DNA from: Longivirga aurantiaca
Lineage (GTDB): Bacteria > Actinomycetota > Actinomycetes > S36-B12 > CAIYMF01
Length of the DNA: 11,440 nucleotides
Direction: 5' to 3'
Assembly (NCBI RefSeq): GCF_042660085.1
Contig: NZ_JBHSTI010000062.1
Span: 1-11,440, forward strand
Below, piece by piece: positions 6,135 to 11,440 of the stretch. Within the stretch, counting starts at the first letter, position 1. Every line of letters begins with the position of its first letter. The position numbers and the translations under genes are program-made. The notes under the pieces were generated by a model, which was not told where the DNA came from, did not search any database, and saw only the letters and a program-made list of their open reading frames with translations.

Positions 6135-7241
6135 TCAGGGGCTGGCGGCGAGCACGAGGAACGCGGCCATGATCGCGAGGTGCACCGCGCCCTGCAGGCG
6201 CGTGGCGCGACCCGGTACGACGGTGAGCGCCCCGACCACGACCGTCAGGCCGAACAGCACGAGCTGCGTGGCGCCGAGCCCGAGCAGGAGCGGGCCGTCG
6301 AGCCAGATCGACGCGATGGCGATCACGGGGATGGTGAGACCGATGCTCGCCATGGCCGAGCCGAACGCGAGGTTGATCGCGACCTGGGTGCGGTTGCGGC
6401 GCGCGGCGCGGACGGCCGCGAGCGACTCCGGCAGCAGCACGAGCAGCGCGATGACCACGCCGACGACCGCCTGCGGCAGTCCGGCACCGGCTACGGCGTC
6501 CTCGATGAACGGCGACTCCACCTTCGCCAGCCCCACGACGACGACGAGCGAGAGCAGCAGCAGGCCGAGGCTCGACAGCGCGGCGCGCCCGGTGGGCGGA
6601 TCGGCGTGGATGTCGGGGTCGTCGGCGTCGATCGGCACCTCGACGGGGAGGAAGAAGTCGCGGTGCCTCACCGTCTGGGTGATGACGAAGACGCCGTACA
6701 GCGCCGCGGACGCGAGCGCCGCGAACACCAGCTGCACGGTGTTGTACTCCGGCCCCGGGACGCTCGTGGTGAACGACGGGAGCACGAGCGTGAGCGTGGT
6801 CAGCGTCGCGACCGTGGCAAGGGCTGCGCCGCTGCCCTCGGCGTTGAACAGCGCCATGCCGTGCTTGCTCGACGCCGCGAGCAGCGAGATGCCGAGGATG
6901 CCGTTGCACGTGATCATCACCGCGGCGAAGACGGTGTCGCGCGCGAGGCTCGAGGCGCCCGTGCCGCCGGCCGACATCAGCGTGACGATCAGGCCGACCT
7001 CGATGATCGTCACGGCCACCGCGAGCGTGAGCGAGCCGAACGGCTCGCCGACCTTGTGCGCGATCACCTCGGCGTGATGGACGGCGGCAAGGACGGCGCC
7101 GCCGAGGGCGAGCGCGGCTCCGACTGCCGCGAGCACCGGCAGGTCGCGGCCCCACGTGGCCACGAGCACGACCAGCCCGATCACCGGGCCGAGGGTGGAC
7201 AGCGTGGGCCAGCGGGACGTCGAGCTCGTCGCGGCTGCCAT
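6135..7241 (-). CDS. chaA: calcium:proton antiporter, ChaA / CaCA superfamily
   Basis: 368-aa polytopic membrane ORF with ATG at 7241. HHAEVIAHKVGEPFGSLTLAVAVTIIEVGLIV resembles the ChaA alpha-1 repeat region. A second, similar half (GLPQAVVGVVIALLVLLPESLAAV) fits the two-repeat CaCA architecture. Confidence 0.82.
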   Translation of the reverse strand: MAAATSSTSRWPTLSTLGPVIGLVVLVATWGRDLPVLAAVGAALALGGAVLAAVHHAEVIAHKVGEPFGSLTLAVAVTIIEVGLIVTLMSAGGTGASSLARDTVFAAVMITCNGILGISLLAASSKHGMALFNAEGSGAALATVATLTTLTLVLPSFTTSVPGPEYNTVQLVFAALASAALYGVFVITQTVRHRDFFLPVEVPIDADDPDIHADPPTGRAALSSLGLLLLSLVVVVGLAKVESPFIEDAVAGAGLPQAVVGVVIALLVLLPESLAAVRAARRNRTQVAINLAFGSAMASIGLTIPVIAIASIWLDGPLLLGLGATQLVLFGLTVVVGALTVVPGRATRLQGAVHLAIMAAFLVLAASP

Positions 7242-7245
7242 GGGT

Positions 7246-7264
7246 CGATCCTGCCCGAGGATCG
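7246..7264 (-). promoter_or_regulatory. small hairpin overlapping the putative chaA Shine-Dalgarno
   Basis: cgatcct (7246-7252) and aggatcg (7258-7264) form 7 bp with a 5-nt loop. On the minus-strand mRNA, the AGGA located 7 nt upstream of ATG 7241 is the start of the 3' arm. Confidence 0.25.
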
Positions 7265-7341
7265 GGTCGCCACCTATCCGGGCGCCGGCCGCCGGCCGCC
7301 GTGATGCGCGGGTGACGGCACCCCGGATCGATGCGGTGTGT

Positions 7342-7395
7342 GTGAAGGCCGGAATTGTTCGGCTCTATTGGATGAAGGTCGCCTTCATCGCAAAC
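7342..7395 (-). repeat. copy C of the ~54-nt repeat family (subfamily 2, inverted relative to copy D)
   Basis: gtgaaggccggaattgttcggctctattggatgaaggtcgccttcatcgcaaac. It contains a perfect GATGAAGG-tcg-CCTTCATC hairpin and ends 18 nt before the decarboxylase ATG (7414). Confidence 0.85.
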
Positions 7396-7413
7396 GGTGA
7401 GGCGGGCGGGGCC

Positions 7414-8889
7414 ATGATGTGCGGCATGCCTGCGACACCCCTCACCGGTGACCTCGGCGCGACGTACGCCCGGGTGGGCGCCGCGCTCGACCTGTTCCTC
7501 ACCGAGGACAGGCCCGACCCCGTCACGAGGCGGGCGGGCTGGACGAGCGCGCTCGAGCAGCCGCTGCCCGAGCACGGCGTGGGATCCGACGCCACGATGG
7601 CCGAGCTGCTCGACGTCGTCGTCCCGAACGGCACGCGGGTGTCCGACCCCGGCTTCTGGGGCTGGATCGTCACCGGCCCGTCGACGGTGCCGGCCGCGGC
7701 GGCCGCGGCCGCGCTGATCGCCGCGCCGCACCGCTACTCGATCACGGCGTCCAACCTGGTCGAGGACCTCTCGCTGCGCTGGCTGGCCGAGCTCTGCGGC
7801 CTCGGCGCGCACATGCGCGGCGTCTACTCCAGCGGCGGCTCGACCGCCAACCTCGTCGCCCTCGGCGCGGCCCGGCAGTGGGCGTTCGAGCAGCGCGGCC
7901 GCGACGTCGCGCGCGACGGCGTCGACGGCACCCCGCTCGCGCTCTACGCCTCGGCAGAGGTGCACCACACGATCCAGCGCAGCGCCGGGGTGCTCGGCAT
8001 CGGCCGCGCGCAGGTGCGGATGGTGCCGGTGGACGCCGACCTCCGCATGCGCCCCGACGCGCTCGAGGAGCTGATCGCGCGCGACGTCGCCGACGGCGTC
8101 GTCCCCGTGGCTGTCATCGGCACGGCCGGCACCACCAATACCGGCGCGATCGACCCGCTCCGCGCGGTCGGCGAGATCGCGCACCGGCACGGCGCCTGGT
8201 TCCACGTCGACGGCGCCTACGGGCTGCCGGGCAGCCTCGACGAGCGCGTGCGCCCTTTGTACGACGGCCTCGAGCTGGCCGACTCCGCGATCGTCGACCC
8301 GCACAAGTGGCTCGGCGTACCGGTCGGCACCGGCGCCACCTTCGTGCGCGACCGCGAGCTGCTGCGCCGGGCATTCACCCAGGAGCCCGCCGACTACCTC
8401 GCCCCCCAGGAGAGCAGCGACGCCGACGCCCAGACCTCGCTCGACGCGATGGGCGTTCCGTACGCCGACCTCGGGGTCGAGCTGACCGCGCCGGCGCGCG
8501 GTGTGGCGGTCTGGGCCGTTCTGCGCGAGCTCGGCCGCGAGGGCGTGGCCGCGCGCATCCGGCAGGACGACGACTTCGCCCGCCGCGTGGCCGACGAGGT
8601 CCGCGCGCACCCGCGGCTCGAGCTGCTCACCGAGCCCACCCTGTCGATCGTGTGCTTCCGGTACGCGCCAGGGCACGGCGTCGACGACGACGAGCTCGAC
8701 GCGCTGAACGCCGAGCTCGTGCACCGCCTGCACATCTCGACGCCATACGTGCCGAGCACCACCCGCGTCCGCGGCGTCCTCGCGATCCGGCCCTGCTTCG
8801 TCAACAGCCGCACCACCGACGAGGCGCTCGACGGCTTCACCGACACGGTCGTGGCCTTCGGTGACGCGCTGATCGCCGCCCGTCCCTGA
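7414..8889 (+). CDS. pyridoxal-phosphate-dependent decarboxylase, group II (aromatic-amino-acid / glutamate / diaminobutyrate decarboxylase family); substrate not assignable
   Basis: This is the in-frame part of track ORF 7156-8889, starting MMCGMPATPL. Fold-type I PLP features are present: SSGGSTANLVALGAAR, HVDGAYG, and the lysine motif SAIVDPHKWLGVP (xPHKW as in group II decarboxylases). The upstream 86 codons of the track ORF overlap chaA and the repeat, so they are excluded. Alternative in-frame ATGs are at 7417 and 7426. Confidence 0.85.
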   Translation: MMCGMPATPLTGDLGATYARVGAALDLFLTEDRPDPVTRRAGWTSALEQPLPEHGVGSDATMAELLDVVVPNGTRVSDPGFWGWIVTGPSTVPAAAAAAALIAAPHRYSITASNLVEDLSLRWLAELCGLGAHMRGVYSSGGSTANLVALGAARQWAFEQRGRDVARDGVDGTPLALYASAEVHHTIQRSAGVLGIGRAQVRMVPVDADLRMRPDALEELIARDVADGVVPVAVIGTAGTTNTGAIDPLRAVGEIAHRHGAWFHVDGAYGLPGSLDERVRPLYDGLELADSAIVDPHKWLGVPVGTGATFVRDRELLRRAFTQEPADYLAPQESSDADAQTSLDAMGVPYADLGVELTAPARGVAVWAVLRELGREGVAARIRQDDDFARRVADEVRAHPRLELLTEPTLSIVCFRYAPGHGVDDDELDALNAELVHRLHISTPYVPSTTRVRGVLAIRPCFVNSRTTDEALDGFTDTVVAFGDALIAARP

Positions 8890-8901
8890 CCGACCCGCTC
8901 C

Positions 8902-8940
8902 GGATGCCTGTACGGCCTCTGTGCAGGCCTCCCGGCATCC
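8902..8940 (+). terminator. hairpin after decarboxylase stop (weak terminator candidate)
   Basis: ggatgcc (8902-8908) pairs with ggcatcc (8934-8940), enclosing an inner ggcct-ctgtgc-aggcc stem-loop. It starts 13 nt after TGA 8887-8889. No U-tract follows. Confidence 0.3.
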
Positions 8941-9014
8941 AGTGCGGGGCCTTGCGGGGGCGGCGCCCGGGGTTCGGCACGCCCCGGTCACGTGCGGGTC
9001 CTACGCTGCCGCAC

Positions 9015-11440
9015 ATGGCTGATCTCCTCCTCGGCGGACGCATCGACCCGACGACGGGCGAGCGCACCGCCGACACCTCGAGCGTCCCGACGTCCGACCT
9101 GACCACGCACGGCGTCATCGTCGGCATGACGGGCTCGGGCAAGACGGGTCTCGGCGTCGTCCTCATCGAGGAGTGCCTGTCGGCCGGGGTGCCCACGATC
9201 CTGATCGACCCCAAGGGCGACCTCACGAACCTGTGCCTGATCTTCCCCGAGCTGCTCGGCTCCGACTTCCGCCCGTGGGTCAACGACAGCGACGCACGGA
9301 AGGCGGGCCTCGACCTCGACGCGTTCGCCGAGCAGCAGGCGACGTCGTGGCGCGACGGCCTCGGCGGCTGGGGCATCGCACCCGAGCGGCTGGCCGCGCT
9401 GCGCGAGAAGGTCGACTTCACCATCTACACGCCGGGCTCGTCGGCCGGTACGCCGCTCAACATCGTCGGCTCGCTCAACGCCCCGCCGGCGGGCACCGAC
9501 CCCGAGGTGATGAGCGACGAGATCGACGGCTACGTCACCAGCCTGCTCGGCATGATCGGCGTCTCGGGCGACCCGCTCTCCTCGCGCGAGCACATCCTGC
9601 TGGCGAACATCATCCAGAACGCGTGGAGCCAGGGGCAGAACCTCGATCTCGGCCTGCTGCTCGCGCAGGTGCAGCAGCCCCCGATGCGCAAGCTCGGCTT
9701 CCTCGAGCTCGACGCGTTCTTCCCGCCGGCCGACCGCATGGCGTTCGCCATGAAGATCAACGGGCTGTTGGCATCCCCGTCGTTCGCCACGTGGCTCACT
9801 GGCGACCCGATCGACATCGAGTCGATGCTGCGTACGCCGGACGGCCGCCCGCGCTGCGCGATCGTGACGACCGCTCACCTCGACGACGAGCAGCGCCAGG
9901 CGGTCACCTCGCTGGTGCTCTCCAAGCTCGTCACGTGGATGCGCCGCCAGAGCGGCACCAGCGACCTGCGGGCGCTGCTCTACATGGACGAGGTCGCCGG
10001 CTACCTCCCGCCGACGGCGAACCCGCCCACGAAGAAGCCGATCATGCTGCTGCTCAAGCAGGCCCGAGCGTTCGGCCTCGGCGTGGTGCTCTCCACCCAG
10101 AACCCGGTCGACGTCGACTACAAGGCGCTGTCGAACGCCGGCACCTGGCTCATCGGCCGGCTGCAGACCGAGCAGGACAAGAACCGGCTCGTCGACGGTC
10201 TCTCGAGCGCCGCCGGCGGCGTCGACATCGGAGCGGTCAGCGACACGATCAGCAACCTCGGCAAGCGCCAGTTCCTGCTCAAGCGCGCGGGCAAGGACGT
10301 GCCCGAGGTGATGACCACGCGCTGGGCGATGAGCTATCTGCGCGGCCCGCTGACGCGCGACCAGATCGGCCGCGCGATGACGCCGACGGCTGCTCCCGAG
10401 GCGGCGGTGGCCGCACCCGTGGTCGGGGCGGCAGCGCTCGCATCCGCCACGGCTCCCGCCGTCGCACCCGCTGTGGAGCCCGCGGCCGCGACCGCGCCGG
10501 CGGCGGCGGCGTCGACCGCGGTGCCCGCTCCGGCCGCGCCGCCGGTGGTCGGCACGTCCACGCCCGCGGTCGCGGGCGATGACGAGACGCCCGTGATGCC
10601 GTCGGTCCCCGCGGGCGTGCCGGTCGCGTTCGTCGACCCGGCAGCGCCGTGGCTCGCGTCGGTGGGCTGCGTGCCCGGCGGCCAGCACCTGCGGGCCGGT
10701 GCCGTCGCGCGCGTGATGCTGCGCTACGACGACGTACCCGCCAACTACGTCCACGACGAGGAGTACGAGGCGGTCCTCACGACGCTGCCGCAGGTGCCGG
10801 CGTCCGCGGTGTTCACCGCCGTCGACTACGACGACCGCGACCTCGTGGCGAGCCCGCCCGTCGGCTCGGTCTACGCACTGCTGCCCGGCGAGGTGGTGAA
10901 GAAGCCGTACTGGACCGCCCTGCAGAAGGCGCTCGTCGACACCCTCGTGCGCACGCGCACCGAGGAGATCTACGTCAACAAGGCGCTCAAGGCCTACTCG
11001 CGGGCGGGCGAGACGCGCGGGGAGTTCATCGTGCGCTGCGAGGCCCTCGCGGGCGAGCAGGCCGACAAGGCCATGACTGCGCTGCGGACGAAGTACGCCA
11101 CCAAGCTCGACTCCGCGCGCCTCAAGGTCACCGACGCCCAGATCGCCGCGCAGGGTGCCCGAGCCGAGTACGACGCCAACTTCGGCATGGCCGCTACGGT
11201 CACCTCCGCGCTGGGCAGTCTGCTCGGCGGACGCCGCAGCCGGTCGTCGATCACGTCGCAGGCGCGCAAGGAGGCCACCGCCTCGGCCAAGCTCGGGTCG
11301 ACCGCCGCCAAGGCCGACGCCGCCGCCCGCGCCTACACCGACCTCGAGGCACGCCTCAACGAGGAGATCGTCGCGCTCGACGACCAGTGGAAGGCCACGG
11401 CGTCGACGGTCGAGACCAAGGCGGTGCCGCTGTCGAAGTC
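9015..11440 (+). CDS. large HerA/FtsK-superfamily P-loop ATPase (DUF87/DUF853, YjgR-like core) with Ala/Pro-rich linker and uncharacterised C-terminal domain; 3' end beyond window
   Basis: Absent from the ORF track because the frame stays open from ATG 9015 to the window end (808 codons). Hand translation gives MADLLLGGRIDPTTGER...THGVIVGMTGSGKTGLGVVLIEE (Walker A, 9123-9146), ILIDPKGDL, ALLYMDEVAGYLPP (Walker B, about 9975-9992) and VVLSTQNPVDVDYKALSNAGTWLIGRLQTEQD. G/C third positions are strong throughout this frame. Confidence 0.8.
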   Translation, partial: MADLLLGGRIDPTTGERTADTSSVPTSDLTTHGVIVGMTGSGKTGLGVVLIEECLSAGVPTILIDPKGDLTNLCLIFPELLGSDFRPWVNDSDARKAGLDLDAFAEQQATSWRDGLGGWGIAPERLAALREKVDFTIYTPGSSAGTPLNIVGSLNAPPAGTDPEVMSDEIDGYVTSLLGMIGVSGDPLSSREHILLANIIQNAWSQGQNLDLGLLLAQVQQPPMRKLGFLELDAFFPPADRMAFAMKINGLLASPSFATWLTGDPIDIESMLRTPDGRPRCAIVTTAHLDDEQRQAVTSLVLSKLVTWMRRQSGTSDLRALLYMDEVAGYLPPTANPPTKKPIMLLLKQARAFGLGVVLSTQNPVDVDYKALSNAGTWLIGRLQTEQDKNRLVDGLSSAAGGVDIGAVSDTISNLGKRQFLLKRAGKDVPEVMTTRWAMSYLRGPLTRDQIGRAMTPTAAPEAAVAAPVVGAAALASATAPAVAPAVEPAAATAPAAAASTAVPAPAAPPVVGTSTPAVAGDDETPVMPSVPAGVPVAFVDPAAPWLASVGCVPGGQHLRAGAVARVMLRYDDVPANYVHDEEYEAVLTTLPQVPASAVFTAVDYDDRDLVASPPVGSVYALLPGEVVKKPYWTALQKALVDTLVRTRTEEIYVNKALKAYSRAGETRGEFIVRCEALAGEQADKAMTALRTKYATKLDSARLKVTDAQIAAQGARAEYDANFGMAATVTSALGSLLGGRRSRSSITSQARKEATASAKLGSTAAKADAAARAYTDLEARLNEEIVALDDQWKATASTVETKAVPLSK

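Noticed and set aside
4202-7395. Whether the four repeat copies are a degenerate CRISPR array.
   Set aside because: The copies are separated by 22 nt, about 1.3 kb and about 1.6 kb, occur in both orientations, differ internally, and are interspersed with ordinary genes. There is no regular repeat-spacer periodicity and there are no cas genes.
7156-7413. N-terminal extension of the decarboxylase ORF back to 7156.
   Set aside because: The extension overlaps the chaA start on the opposite strand and reads through repeat copy C. The homology-like sequence begins only after the ATG cluster at 7414-7428.
5836-8991. 1051-aa ORF on the minus strand, the longest in the track.
   Set aside because: Its translation is Arg/Gly/Ala/Pro/His-dominated with no motifs. 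It is antisense to the well-supported decarboxylase and out of frame with chaA. It is a typical high-GC shadow ORF lacking stop codons by composition.
10380-10580. Ala/Pro-rich coding stretch, considered as a DNA-level tandem repeat or VNTR.
   Set aside because: No exact periodic nucleotide unit is visible. It reads as low-complexity GCN/CCN codons in frame with the ATPase, consistent with a flexible linker rather than a repeat array.
8988-10754. 588-aa minus-strand ORF, and the 469-aa + strand ORF at 9173-10582.
   Set aside because: Both overlap the frame that encodes clear Walker A/B ATPase motifs starting at 9015. Their translations are Arg/Gly/Asp/His low-complexity strings. The ATPase frame has the G/C third-position bias.

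Overview
High-GC, gene-dense chromosomal segment, by content actinobacterial. I saw no transposase, integrase, CRISPR array or recognisable defence gene. Left to right: upp (-, partial); the Actinobacteria-type tRNA-adenosine-deaminase-associated gene plus tadA (+); a long hairpin between convergent genes; a minus-strand run of SDR oxidoreductase, APH-like phosphotransferase and FadE2/ACAD10-11-type acyl-CoA dehydrogenase; tRNA-Ser(CGA) (+) followed by a perfect 21-bp hairpin; a DUF202/YidH membrane protein and a ChaA-type Ca2+/H+ antiporter (-); a group II PLP-dependent decarboxylase (+); and the first ~808 codons of a large HerA/YjgR-like P-loop ATPase (+, runs off the window). The long Arg/Pro/Gly-rich ORFs in the track are antisense or out-of-frame shadows typical of high-GC DNA. 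The most interesting signals are non-coding. (1) A ~54-nt structured repeat family occurs four times in intergenic DNA, in two subfamilies and both orientations, and one copy carries a nested hairpin insertion. (2) A 16-nt direct duplication of the tRNA-Ser 3' end lies 170 bp downstream, resembling an att-site scar. On the coding side, SDR-kinase-ACAD resembles a split bacterial version of the 4-hydroxyacyl-CoA phospho-elimination module (Lva / ACAD10-11 logic), and the HerA-like ATPase has an unusual Ala/Pro linker and an uncharacterised C-terminal domain. All homology calls rest on motif recognition by eye; no database search was run.
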